The position numbers were made by a program, and so were the translations under genes. The notes under the pieces were generated by a model, which was not told the origin of the DNA, searched no databases, and saw only the letters and a program-made list of their open reading frames with translations. A DNA stretch of 64,000 nucleotides from an uncultured delta proteobacterium (lineage in GTDB: Bacteria; Desulfobacterota; Zymogenia; Zymogenales; Zymogenaceae): the NCBI GenBank assembly GCA_963792965.1, contig CAWBYW010000013.1, positions 96,001-160,000 of the forward strand, written 5' to 3'. Positions 11,487-21,531 of the stretch are shown here, in pieces (position 1 is the first letter of the stretch; each line of letters opens with the position of its first letter).

Positions 11487-12986
11487 CTACAGGTCCCAGA
11501 GTCGCATGATCCCGAAGGTAACCGTCCAATCCGGATCCGAGTCGGCAAATCCGGCCGCGCCGGACGCGAAGACGACGTACTTCCCGATCAGAAATCTCAT
11601 GCCGCCGCCGGCCATATAGCTCGATATATCTTTATCGGCAATCTTCCCATAGAACTCGCCGAAGACGGAGGCCCAGTCGGTCACGGCGTATTCCGCTCCG
11701 ATCCCGGCGACGAAGAAGTCGTTCTGGCTGCTGATATCCGTCGGTATGCCGTCGATGGCAATGCCCAGGTTCAGATGAGCGGCGAACTTATTGTAGGAGA
11801 AAGAGGCAAGGGCAAGCGCGGTGAAATCCATCTTTTCCGTGCCGAGCCCCTTGTCGAAACTGGCAACGGGGAGCTTGACGTCCGAATAGATGCCGAAGCG
11901 GAAGTGCCCCACCTGCCAGGGGGATACCCTGAAATTCACATGGAGATCGGAGACTCCGTCGGTGCTCCCGAATTCCGGTGAATCATCCAGGAAGAGATAT
12001 GACCACGAAATTCCGAGATCGACGCCCTGGGCAAGGCCCACCCTGAACTCTTTAAAAAAGGCGTCGTAGAGCATCGACCCGTCCCCAAAACCCGAGGCGC
12101 CGAAGGCCAGCGCCCCGTAGAGCGTATTGGGGGCGCTCGTCCAGGCCTCCTCGGTCTTCATCGGGAAGGGGTAGTAGATGAGCTTCTTGGGCCTCTCATC
12201 GGAGTAGAAAGGACCGGCAGACGTCGGCCCGACCTTCCAGACGCGGGAAAGCCAGAGCCCCGCCGACCACTCAGGAGTCTGCGGCGTCAGCCCGTAGGAG
12301 CCGGTGACGGCCCACTCCCATCCCCAGCCGATAGGGCCGACGATGCCGAGGGTCGCCTTTGAGATCTCGTTTTCTTCCCTGCCGCCGGTGGTGCCGGCGA
12401 CCTCGGCGACGATTGACCAATCGTCCGTGATCAGGTACTCAAGGCCAACCCCGTACGCAAAGAGATAGTCATAGTGCCTCAGCTGAGTATTGTCCCCGAC
12501 GACGGCGAGGCCCGCGTTGACGTTGAGCCTGAGTTTGTTCAGGGTGGCCGTATAGAGGCCTGTGACGAAAAAGTCCTGTTCATCGGTCCCGAGGCCGTAT
12601 CTATCGTCGGCGTCCGGAAGCTTGGTGGCGACCGAAATCCCGAGCCTTCCCCATGGTCCTTTCCAGGGCGAGGTCTTTACCTCCACGGTAAGATCTCCTG
12701 AGCCGGACGACTCACGACCGCCCGGCCACTCCCGGATCAGGTTGGCGCCGTATCGGAGAATAAAATCGGTGTCATCGGAGACTCCCCAGGTTAGCCCGAT
12801 ATAGGGTGCACTGATGAGGGTCGATGTGTCGGGCAGGGAATCGACCGTGAACCAGATATCCGACCTCAGGTTTCCCCCTCCGATCGTCTCGGCCCGGTCG
12901 GTGGTCAGAGGATTGAGCTCGGCGGCGTAGGCGGTCATCCCGAGAACGCACAGACCAGCGACGAAAAATAAGAGCACTTTTTTCAT
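11487..12986 (-). CDS. Outer-membrane beta-barrel 'transporter' (MetA/COG4313-like) with two tandem homologous domains
   Basis: Signal peptide MKKVLLFF...AYA; two repeats of GD/SD-L...SPW...KLP...GLGT..DF; alternating beta-strand pattern. Confidence 0.72.
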   Translation of the reverse strand: MKKVLLFFVAGLCVLGMTAYAAELNPLTTDRAETIGGGNLRSDIWFTVDSLPDTSTLISAPYIGLTWGVSDDTDFILRYGANLIREWPGGRESSGSGDLTVEVKTSPWKGPWGRLGISVATKLPDADDRYGLGTDEQDFFVTGLYTATLNKLRLNVNAGLAVVGDNTQLRHYDYLFAYGVGLEYLITDDWSIVAEVAGTTGGREENEISKATLGIVGPIGWGWEWAVTGSYGLTPQTPEWSAGLWLSRVWKVGPTSAGPFYSDERPKKLIYYPFPMKTEEAWTSAPNTLYGALAFGASGFGDGSMLYDAFFKEFRVGLAQGVDLGISWSYLFLDDSPEFGSTDGVSDLHVNFRVSPWQVGHFRFGIYSDVKLPVASFDKGLGTEKMDFTALALASFSYNKFAAHLNLGIAIDGIPTDISSQNDFFVAGIGAEYAVTDWASVFGEFYGKIADKDISSYMAGGGMRFLIGKYVVFASGAAGFADSDPDWTVTFGIMRLWDL

Positions 12987-13362
12987 GGCGACACCTTCAT
13001 ATGATATAATTCTCACTATTTTAGTTCTCAATTAATGAAACGCATAGCTCTTTTACCACTTCGCGGTCACGCGTGTCAAGAGCAACATGTCATGGGGACA
13101 CAAAAAACCGTCCTCGTTCTCAGAGGCGCCTCAAGACGCCTCGCACAGGGCCGCAGGTCAATTCCGAAGTATTTGTCAACGGCACAGGAGGGTAGGTCGC
13201 CGCGGAAGGCGGCGGGACAGCGGTGGAGAACTGCCGGGAGTTTTTATAGTCCCGCGCTTCGATGGAGAGCCCGCGCCGCACGGGCTCCCGATATGCGAGC
13301 ATACCCGCCCGGCGGAACACCGTCGCGCGATGAAAGGTAGCGTGCGCCGTCCTGACGCCGTG

Positions 13363-14628
13363 CTAATACCTTCCGAAATAATTGATCCATATCGTCGTAG
13401 CCTTCTTTCTGATGAGTGAAAACAGGAAGCTTGGAATCAGGAGCAGCATGGCGAAGAGCGCGTACTTCTTGGCCTGCTCTGCCTTTTCGGCAATAAGGGC
13501 GAAGGTGAGGCCACCCTTGCTCCCTCTCTTTCCGACGGTCGTCTCATCCTCGGTTATTACAGCTCCCGTGTGCCCCTCCCCGGTGGGAGGGCCCGTATGG
13601 GTGGAAACGAGGCGCTCCATATCGCCGAAAAGACGGTCACAGAAGTCCGACATGGAATAGTTCTTAAGTACATCTCTGCACGCATTATTTCTTATGCTCT
13701 CCAACAATGCCGGGTCATCAATAAGCCTGGCCATCGCCGAGATCCAACCGCCCGGGGAATTATCGGTCAAGAGCCCGTTCACTCCATCTTCTATGCGGGA
13801 CCTGTAGAGGGAAACATCCGAGTATATCCCCGCCGTGCCGCAGGCGCCGTATTCCCGATACTTCACGTCCGTTTTTGACCGATGGAAGAGATCATCCTCC
13901 ATGGGGGCCAGGCCGATGTCACATCCTGTCCGGTAAAACTTCCTGATAAACGCATCGTAGTTCCTCGTAAAGGGAACGAAATGAATATTCGGCCGTTTTA
14001 TGGGGAAACGAGAGCCGAATATGTGGAATTCGACCTTATCACGATAGTTGCCGGAAATGGAGCGTATCGCCTCCGTAATCAGGGGCTGGAGATAGTCTAT
14101 CTTTCCTCGACTGGTGGCATAGGTGATCCTTATTTTCGCGTCGTGCTTTTTCCTACGTTCGTTTTCTATCAGGGAAAAATCGAAATACCCCTTCGAAAGA
14201 ACGACATTTTTATTATATTTTTTTGCCTCTTCGCTCAGCGGCTCCGAATAGACCCGGACCAGGTCGGCCGACGTCAGAAAAGTCTGCAGACGATCCTTTC
14301 GGTCGAGGTCGAGGTAATGCCTGCCGACAATTGTCATCCCGAACGGTGTATTCGGGTCAACGTTAAGAATGTTATCATCGAGCTCATAAATTATCTTTCT
14401 ATTTTTATTCTTGGCGTGCTGGAGGAAATTCAGGTCAATCTGTTCGCTGTTGCGACAAAAAACGACCACATCGGCCCAGTCGGCGTATCTTCGCTTCGGC
14501 AGCTCACTGAAGGTTAACTTAAACTCGATTTTATTCTTAGCCCTGAGAAACAACATGGGCTTAAGGGCAAACAGCACGGTAGACGGAATGATATCGGGCA
14601 CTACGGATAAGACCCGTATCTTGGTCAT
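13363..14628 (-). CDS. Glycosyltransferase (GT-B / GT4-like)
   Basis: IIYELDD, DIGLAP...KTDVKYREYGACG, DGVNGLL; hydrophobic C-terminal segment. Confidence 0.8.
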   Translation of the reverse strand: MTKIRVLSVVPDIIPSTVLFALKPMLFLRAKNKIEFKLTFSELPKRRYADWADVVVFCRNSEQIDLNFLQHAKNKNRKIIYELDDNILNVDPNTPFGMTIVGRHYLDLDRKDRLQTFLTSADLVRVYSEPLSEEAKKYNKNVVLSKGYFDFSLIENERRKKHDAKIRITYATSRGKIDYLQPLITEAIRSISGNYRDKVEFHIFGSRFPIKRPNIHFVPFTRNYDAFIRKFYRTGCDIGLAPMEDDLFHRSKTDVKYREYGACGTAGIYSDVSLYRSRIEDGVNGLLTDNSPGGWISAMARLIDDPALLESIRNNACRDVLKNYSMSDFCDRLFGDMERLVSTHTGPPTGEGHTGAVITEDETTVGKRGSKGGLTFALIAEKAEQAKKYALFAMLLLIPSFLFSLIRKKATTIWINYFGRY

Positions 14629-14805
14629 GGGAGACTCTCCTGAGATCGACTCATATGCCCGAACATACGTGGACGAAACGGTGGATCAAGGGAATTGATC
14701 GGGCTAAATCCCCCATACATTCTATCCCGTATGGCGGTAGATACATAGTGGGCATGCTAACATCGAGTCGAATAATAATCAAGAGATTTACCGTGATGAT
14801 TCTTG

Positions 14806-14834
14806 TTGACAGTGCCGTGTAGAGGCCCTATAGT
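14806..14834 (+). promoter_or_regulatory. Sigma70-type promoter for the radical SAM pair
   Basis: TTGACA-17 nt-TATAGT. Confidence 0.7.
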
Positions 14835-14887
14835 GTATCCGCCCGGATGTATGCAAATAGAGAATAACCTATCCATGGTTTCTGAAC

Positions 14888-16228
14888 ATGAACAGCTTCT
14901 TTCTTGAGATTCCTCATATCACCGGCGAAACGATACCATTCACGCTGAACGTTACGGATACGAGCATTCTCAAGTCGCGAAAGCATATTCTCAGATTTGA
15001 TCTCTACCCAAAGGCGGCCCCTTCACCGGGACACCGGCATTACGGATGGTGGGATATTCCCCTGGCACACATCGACCGAAACCGCGTCGAGATGAGACTC
15101 GACCTCAAATCCAAGAGCCTGTTGTTTGAAAATCGAAATAAGACCGTCGAGGTTGGGTCGGGATTAAGAAGGAGCGTCGATGAAACGGGGTATAGCACAT
15201 TCCACACGACGCTCTTGGACACCGAGAGCGAGCGGCCATACGTGGTCGAGACCAAGCCATATCACCTCTACATTGCCGGCAACCGAATAGAGCCGATGCT
15301 GAAACAGATCAATATTCCCGTGACCGACCGGTGTAACCTCAGCTGTCCCAATTGCCCACGGAGCCATTCAAAAGACCTGATCGCGGCCGACATCGCCGAC
15401 GAGGTGCTCAAGCCCCTGTTGGACAGTGTGGGGGATATCCACTGTGTATTGCTCCAGGGGCTCGGTGAGCCCCTCCTCTACCCCGGTATGATCGACCTGA
15501 TACGAGAGGTCAAAAGACTTCTGCCCAAATACGGCGAGGCCGGGCTTACGACCAACGCCACGCTCCTCGATGAGCAATACGTGGCCCGCCTCCTTGATAC
15601 CGGAATCGATTTTATCTATTTTTCCGTGGACGCCGCCACGGACGAGACGTATCGGAAAGTCAGGCGCGGGGGCAATTTCCGGACGGTCATGGAAAACATC
15701 GCCGCCGTGACCCGATACCGAGAGGTCGCGGGGCTCAAGAAAACCAAGTGTATGCTGAACTTCGTCATGATGCCGGAGAATATCGACGAGATCCCCGCGT
15801 TCGCACAAATGTGCGCCACGCTGGGAGTGGAGAATCTGACCTACAGCTACTGTCTCATCGCCGGGACCGGAAAGATGATAACCTTTGATTCAGAGCTGCT
15901 CCGCACTCGCTTCGAAGAGGCAAAGAAGATCGGCGGCGCTCACGGCATCCAGATCTTTTTTCCTCCGCTGCAAGAGAGCCGGAAGCCGCGCTGCCTGTTC
16001 ATGGAATGCGCTATCCCCTGTCATACGGGAGATGTGTATCCCTGCCACGCCATGGCGCCCGGATACGGGATTGAAGGTCAGGTGAAGATTTTCGGGAACG
16101 TGAAGGATATGCCCCTCCGGAGAATCTGGGAAAAGCCCGAGTACCGGGAATTCAGAAGACGGGTTGTGTCGGGAGATTTTCCGAGCGAGTGCAGTCAATG
16201 CGAGTGTAAGTCCTACCTCGTTCCTTGA
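14888..16228 (+). CDS. Radical SAM protein with SPASM/twitch domain and a ~135-aa N-terminal extension
   Basis: CNLSCPNC, GLGEPLL, TTNATLL, FSVDA; C-terminal C...GDVYPC...CSQC. Confidence 0.9.
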   Translation: MNSFFLEIPHITGETIPFTLNVTDTSILKSRKHILRFDLYPKAAPSPGHRHYGWWDIPLAHIDRNRVEMRLDLKSKSLLFENRNKTVEVGSGLRRSVDETGYSTFHTTLLDTESERPYVVETKPYHLYIAGNRIEPMLKQINIPVTDRCNLSCPNCPRSHSKDLIAADIADEVLKPLLDSVGDIHCVLLQGLGEPLLYPGMIDLIREVKRLLPKYGEAGLTTNATLLDEQYVARLLDTGIDFIYFSVDAATDETYRKVRRGGNFRTVMENIAAVTRYREVAGLKKTKCMLNFVMMPENIDEIPAFAQMCATLGVENLTYSYCLIAGTGKMITFDSELLRTRFEEAKKIGGAHGIQIFFPPLQESRKPRCLFMECAIPCHTGDVYPCHAMAPGYGIEGQVKIFGNVKDMPLRRIWEKPEYREFRRRVVSGDFPSECSQCECKSYLVP

Positions 16229-16259
16229 ACCCCCGTCCGTTCTTAGGGTTGTGCAAATC

Positions 16260-17594
16260 ATGTCTGCGGCTTTTGAAGTCCAGGCCCCACGGGTGTGGGG
16301 TGATACGACTGAGCTTGTCCTCACCCTCCGTGACGATCGGTTCAGGGGCTCGTGTGGACACTTCATTCGGCTGGACATTTATCCCGTTGCCGCGCCTTCC
16401 GGCTTCGATCGGCATCACGGCTATTTTGACATCCCGCTCAGCCTCATCAAGAACGATCGAACCGAGCTTTCACTCTCGAAAGTCAGGCTCGCTATTGGCA
16501 GGGGGAGGCTGCGAAAGAGGATACGGCCCGCCTGGAAGGGAAAGATTGGATACGCCGGCTACATCACACTCCACTCGTCTCTCTGGGAAGCCGGCGAAGG
16601 ACCGCCGAGGCAAATCCAGGTCATATCGTCCGAGCACTGCATTCTCCCCCCCAGCCGGACCGTCCCCCTGGAGACCATCGATATTCCCGTCAGCCAGCGG
16701 TGTAATCTCTCCTGTCCCATGTGTCAGAGAAGATCCTACACTTCCTCAGACGAGATAGACCTGACCGATCTGCTCTTTTCGGCTATCCTCAAATCGGTGC
16801 CGCTTGTCCATCACGTTCACGCACAGGGTATCGGCGAGCCTCTGCTCCACCCCCGTTTCTTTGAGATCCTCAAGAGGTTGAGGGCCACCCTGCCCAAAGA
16901 GGGACGGCTGGGCACCTGCACCAACGCCACTCTCCTCACGCGTGAAAACGCCGCGAAGATTCTCGAGGCAGGAATCGACTACCTCTACTTCTCGATCGAC
17001 GGAGCGACCAGGGAAACCGCGGAGGCGATCCGTCCCGGGTTGAATTTCAGCCGCTTTATTGACAACGTCTCGTTTTGTGTCGCCCTCAGCAACGGGCCAA
17101 AGGTAAAGCGGCCCTGGTACATGTTCAGCTTTGCCGTTATGCCCGAAAATATCCATGAGTTGAGTGACTTCGTGAGGTTGGCCGGGTCGCTGGGAGTCGA
17201 CTCCGTCCGTTTCGGGCGTTTGCGGGAATTTCCAGGCGGCAGGTTTGTTGATCTTGATGAGAAATCTCTCCGCGCGCAAATCCAGGCGGCCCGTGGGATC
17301 GCCGACAAGAACGGGGTGATACTCATGCTCCCCCGTCTCCGTCGGTCAAAAGAGCAGCGGTGCCGGTTTATGCAGACCGCTTTCCTGAAGCCAAACGGTG
17401 ACGTCATTCCCTGCTGTAACATGAGGCCTCATGCCACAACAGGGAAGGTAGTGACATTCGGCAATATCCTCCGGGAGCCGCTGGAGGACATCTGGAACAA
17501 GGAAGAGTATCGTGACTTTCGTGAAAGCGTGATCAGGGGCCACTTCCCCGAAGTGTGTTACGACTGTGATCTCAAGAGCGGCCTCCTTGTTTGA
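16260..17594 (+). CDS. Radical SAM protein with SPASM/twitch domain (paralogue)
   Basis: CNLSCPMC, GIGEPLL, TNATLL, FSIDG, GDVIPCC...CYDC; start placed at ATG 16260. Confidence 0.9.
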   Translation: MSAAFEVQAPRVWGDTTELVLTLRDDRFRGSCGHFIRLDIYPVAAPSGFDRHHGYFDIPLSLIKNDRTELSLSKVRLAIGRGRLRKRIRPAWKGKIGYAGYITLHSSLWEAGEGPPRQIQVISSEHCILPPSRTVPLETIDIPVSQRCNLSCPMCQRRSYTSSDEIDLTDLLFSAILKSVPLVHHVHAQGIGEPLLHPRFFEILKRLRATLPKEGRLGTCTNATLLTRENAAKILEAGIDYLYFSIDGATRETAEAIRPGLNFSRFIDNVSFCVALSNGPKVKRPWYMFSFAVMPENIHELSDFVRLAGSLGVDSVRFGRLREFPGGRFVDLDEKSLRAQIQAARGIADKNGVILMLPRLRRSKEQRCRFMQTAFLKPNGDVIPCCNMRPHATTGKVVTFGNILREPLEDIWNKEEYRDFRESVIRGHFPEVCYDCDLKSGLLV

Positions 17595-17731
17595 TGTCGG
17601 CCCGGACTCGTTTAGTCTCCCCGTTGTCTCCGCCGACGAGTGCACGAGACCGTATCTGTCCCGTCTTCCAGAGAAAAACAATATTTGATTGCCCCTTATT
17701 TTCTTACGTAGAGTTACGAACTAATCGAAGC

Positions 17732-17875
17732 GACCATCTTGTTCTCTGACCCGACCGTCATCTGTTTCATTTCTTCAAAAGGACATGGCAGTATGATATG
17801 CCTACCTTTGTGCTGCCGTTAAATAGAGTCTCGCCTTTATTAAGCACGATTACCCGCTGCGTCGAGGACTTCGAT
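17732..17875 (-). pseudogene. Degenerate copy of the wzt 3' end plus the first codons of the downstream gene
   Basis: Encodes QRVIVLNKGETLFNGSTKVGISYCHVLLKK* versus wzt QRVIVLNKGEILFNGPTKRAISYYRKLLKK*, then MKQMTVGSENKMV versus MKKTTVRPKNKIV; homologous to 18973-19115. Confidence 0.85.
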
Positions 17876-18102
17876 AGCATGGCCCCTCTCTCTCGGAACG
17901 ACGGGATTGTAGCTTGGCCCGATCTTGAGCCCGACACCGGAAACATCGAAGAGAGAATAGAGGAGTTCTTTTCTATCCGTAGTGGAGCGCGATACCCGAT
18001 AAAGGTGCTACGCGGCAACGTTATCCGGATAGGATTTTACGCACCAATCCTATCTCTTTGAGACGCACGTAGTCTTCCTTCTGATAGTAGACGGATGCTT
18101 TT

Positions 18103-19011
18103 TCACCTGATCGGCCGGTTTGTCAAAAAGGCGAAAAAATCTATAAGCAGAGATATCGGCTTTCTTGCTTTTTTGACCAGTCTCCATGCCCTTGTGCCGG
18201 TTATCAAATCTATTTCTCGTCTGAGGCGCGTCAACTCGATGCTTTGCTCCGTCAGCTGCGTGCGCGCCATCCGCAGTTCTTCTTTCAGGCGTACGAGTTC
18301 GTTATCACGATCACTGAGCGCGGTACCGACTTCTCTGTTGTGCCCCACCAACTCAAAGAGGCGATTGTTCTCAATATCTCCGTCCATTATTGCGTAGGGG
18401 AATCCATCTCTCCACGCAACGTAATTGAAGCTGAGCTGGTCTCTCTTTGAGTGGCGAGCGCACTCCTTCCACCACTCGTTGCTGAACTGTTTCATCCTCG
18501 GAGAATTATGTCTCCTCAGCAGGACTCCGCCCGAGATGAGCCCGTTGTGCTCGGGATATCCCCTTCTGCGGTATTCCCTCATTTGTTTTTCAATAATTCT
18601 TTGATAGTCCTTATTCAATCCGAGACATGCTTTGGCTTCGTCATAAATGCAGTCCCTGTACGGGTGCCTGAAAGTCGCCAAATCATAATGGTCAAGGTAT
18701 TTCTCTATAAGATATCCTGTAAGAGAATTCTTGATTACCATGTTTGCATCGATCCACAGGGAGTACGTATATTTTTCCAGAAAGATCTGCGGAAGTATCT
18801 TGAAGAGTCGCGCCGATCTTACCGGGTCTGCATAAAGACCGGGGACAACCTTCAGTGAGAACAGAGAGGATTTCAGTGAGGGGTCGTCGGTAAAACATAC
18901 GTAATCGCAATCCTTGTCGACGGTGGCAGGATTCTTGAGGTCGTCCACCCCACCAAAAATAGCCGTATATATGACTATCTTGTTCTTTGGCCTGACCGTC
19001 GTCTTTTTCAT
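18103..19011 (-). CDS. DUF616 (TOD1/MUCI70-like) glycosyltransferase with C-terminal coiled coil
   Basis: VIYTAIFG, CFTDD, KILP, SLWIDAN, HPYRDCIYDEA, RDQLSF; heptad segment followed by 'TRAWRL'. Confidence 0.8.
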   Translation of the reverse strand: MKKTTVRPKNKIVIYTAIFGGVDDLKNPATVDKDCDYVCFTDDPSLKSSLFSLKVVPGLYADPVRSARLFKILPQIFLEKYTYSLWIDANMVIKNSLTGYLIEKYLDHYDLATFRHPYRDCIYDEAKACLGLNKDYQRIIEKQMREYRRRGYPEHNGLISGGVLLRRHNSPRMKQFSNEWWKECARHSKRDQLSFNYVAWRDGFPYAIMDGDIENNRLFELVGHNREVGTALSDRDNELVRLKEELRMARTQLTEQSIELTRLRREIDLITGTRAWRLVKKARKPISLLIDFFAFLTNRPIR

Positions 19012-19766
19012 TTTTTCAGGAGCTTACGGTAGTATGATATGGCTCTCTTTGTGGGGCCATTAAATAGAATCTCACCCTTATTGAGCACGATGACCCGCTG
19101 TGTCAAGGATTCGATGATCTCCAGGTCGTGGCTCACGAGAACCAGAATCTTCGCCGACGTGATGAGACTTTTTATCCGACGCCGTGCCTTCTCGATGAAC
19201 AGCATGTCGCCGGCGGAGAGTATCTCATCGACCAGTAAGATCTCGGGACGGATGATCGTGGCGATGGTGAAGGCGAGCCTCATCGTCATACCCGCGGAGT
19301 AGTACTTGACCGGGATATCGATAAATTGACCGAGCTCGGCGAAATCGATGATCTCATTTTCCTTTTGTCTGATCTGTTTGCGCGTGAAGCCGAGCATGGC
19401 GCCGTTCAGATAAACATTGTCCCTGCCGGAAAATTCCGGATTGAATCCCGCCCCGATTTCTATCAGCGGCTGAACGGTCCCTACGATATCGATAGAACCC
19501 TCGGACGGTTTAAACAACCCGGATATCACCTTCAACAGTGTGCTTTTGCCAGACCCGTTGAGCCCGATTACCCCCAGCCGCTCGCCGTGGGCGATCTCAA
19601 GGTTGCAGTTCTTTAGCGCGTATAGTTTTCCGACCCGCTCATTGACATAACTCCTCCGGCCAAGAAAATTTACGACATATTCCTTAAGACTAGTGGTCCT
19701 GTCGTAATAGAGGTTGTAGACAAGGGAGACATCCTTGAGTTTCACACTACACTGCGCGTTCTTCAT
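19008..19766 (-). CDS. wzt: Polysaccharide ABC exporter ATP-binding subunit
   Basis: GLNGSGKST, YSAGMTMRLAF, LLVDE, VSHD; 252 aa with no C-terminal carbohydrate-binding domain. Confidence 0.92.
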   Translation of the reverse strand: MKNAQCSVKLKDVSLVYNLYYDRTTSLKEYVVNFLGRRSYVNERVGKLYALKNCNLEIAHGERLGVIGLNGSGKSTLLKVISGLFKPSEGSIDIVGTVQPLIEIGAGFNPEFSGRDNVYLNGAMLGFTRKQIRQKENEIIDFAELGQFIDIPVKYYSAGMTMRLAFTIATIIRPEILLVDEILSAGDMLFIEKARRRIKSLITSAKILVLVSHDLEIIESLTQRVIVLNKGEILFNGPTKRAISYYRKLLKK

Positions 19767-20566
19767 AGCCTGAAAATAATCTTATTATCGAATTTCTTGA
19801 GCACCCACAAACCAAAAAGAAAAGTAGAAAAGGAGAGAATCGTACATGCCGCTACGAGATAAAAATGGGGGAGACTTCCATCGTAAATGGGGCTGCGGAA
19901 AAGCTGTACATACCAATATAACGGGTTTAGCCTGATAATCCTCTGCAGGTAGAGCGGTAACAACGAGATCGGGTAGAGCACCGGTGTGAGGAAAAAAACC
20001 GTTTGCATCACTACCGGAATAATGAACAGGAAATCACGAAAATATACCGTGAGGACCCCCACGATGCTTACTTCCCCGATCAGGAAAAGGATCGTAAGAA
20101 TCACCGGAATCGGAAGAAAGAGATATTTCCACGAAAAAGATATCTGGGAAAAAGCAATTCCGAGGATTATCAGGGAAGTCAGGACAAAAGTGAAATTGAT
20201 CGTCTCCAATAGGATTATCTGAATGATATAGACAAGCTTCGGCGCGTAGATCTTCTTGATGAAGCTCTCGTTGCTGATGAGAACGGTAGGGGAATTGTTT
20301 ACGACATTGGCGAAAAGGTTATATATGACGATTCCTGAAAAAAGATACACGACATAATGCGGCATATTAAATTTAAACAAGCTGAAAAAGACGATGCCGA
20401 TGATAAGATTCTGCAGGAGCGGTGTGAGGACCGACCAAAAAAAACCGAGAAAGGACTTGCGGTACCTGTGTTTAAGGGATGAATAGACGAAATAGAAGAT
20501 CACCCATCTATACCGAAGCGTATTTCTTATTTCCGCCAGAATGCCGCTTTGTGCCCACACTATCAT
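19763..20566 (-). CDS. wzm: Polysaccharide ABC exporter permease
   Basis: RYRKSFLGFFW, FRD, FFLTPVLYP, LNP; multiple TM helices; overlaps wzt. Confidence 0.92.
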   Translation of the reverse strand: MIVWAQSGILAEIRNTLRYRWVIFYFVYSSLKHRYRKSFLGFFWSVLTPLLQNLIIGIVFFSLFKFNMPHYVVYLFSGIVIYNLFANVVNNSPTVLISNESFIKKIYAPKLVYIIQIILLETINFTFVLTSLIILGIAFSQISFSWKYLFLPIPVILTILFLIGEVSIVGVLTVYFRDFLFIIPVVMQTVFFLTPVLYPISLLPLYLQRIIRLNPLYWYVQLFRSPIYDGSLPHFYLVAACTILSFSTFLFGLWVLKKFDNKIIFRL

Positions 20567-20676
20567 GAACTACATCCCTTTGCCTTTCCGGTCGCCAAGC
20601 GCATGAAATCATCCCGCGAGATGTCACTTTGCTCTGTCCCTGCGCGGGATACGACTTTTCCGCAATCGATCTCGGC

Positions 20677-21531
20677 CTATCGTAATAAGACCTTGAGGGA
20701 AGTTATCGCAAACCGAAGCGTAATTCCAGAGAAAACGGTTATGTCGAGGAGCGTGTTTCTCCGGAAGTGTTTGGTATAGTAGATCCACATACCGCGGTGT
20801 CTCTCGAAATTGATTCTGATGGTCGGGACGGTTCTGCTTATCCCGATCTCGTGGGCGACGACTACCTCCGGGTCGTACATTATTTCATATCCCGCGTCTC
20901 TTACCCTGCGGCAGAAATCGATATCCTCATAAAAGACGAAGAAACGTTCATCAAAACCGCCGATCAGGTGAAAGATATCTTTCTTTATTATCATCGCGCA
21001 TCCCGAGACCCAGTCGACCGGTTGTGGCAGACTATCATCAATTATCGGATTAAGATACTCCCTGGAAAACTTATTGTTCGGGACGAGGCTTGTAAAGATA
21101 GAGCTCTTGTTGAAGATACCCGTCTTCAGGGTCGGGAAGCGTCGGGCCGAGAATTGTCTGGAATAATCGCCGGAGTTAACTACCTTTGGTCCCAACACGC
21201 TGACATGGTCTTCGGAAAAATAGTCACGGATGGCGCGTACGCCGGGGGTCAAGATCACCGCATCGGGATTCATCAGGAATATTAGATCGCCCTTCGCGCT
21301 CTTTACTCCCCTGTTGACGCCGTAGGAAAATCCCCTGTTTACTTCCGACTCGATAAGTCGTATCGAAGGAAATTCGCTCTTTATGATCTGTCTTGTGGCA
21401 TCGCTCGAATTATTGTCGACGACGATGACCTCATGGGGCATGTCATTTACGGCCAGTATATGATTCAGGCAATCCCGTATATATTTCTCACTATTGTAGG
21501 ACACGACGACGAAACTGATCATGAGACCCAC
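20677..21531 (-). CDS. GT2 glycosyltransferase (WbbL/rhamnosyltransferase-like)
   Basis: VVDNNSSD, NRGFSYGVN, MNPD, DWVSGC, FDERFFVFYEDIDFC. Confidence 0.88.
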   Translation of the reverse strand: MGLMISFVVVSYNSEKYIRDCLNHILAVNDMPHEVIVVDNNSSDATRQIIKSEFPSIRLIESEVNRGFSYGVNRGVKSAKGDLIFLMNPDAVILTPGVRAIRDYFSEDHVSVLGPKVVNSGDYSRQFSARRFPTLKTGIFNKSSIFTSLVPNNKFSREYLNPIIDDSLPQPVDWVSGCAMIIKKDIFHLIGGFDERFFVFYEDIDFCRRVRDAGYEIMYDPEVVVAHEIGISRTVPTIRINFERHRGMWIYYTKHFRRNTLLDITVFSGITLRFAITSLKVLLR

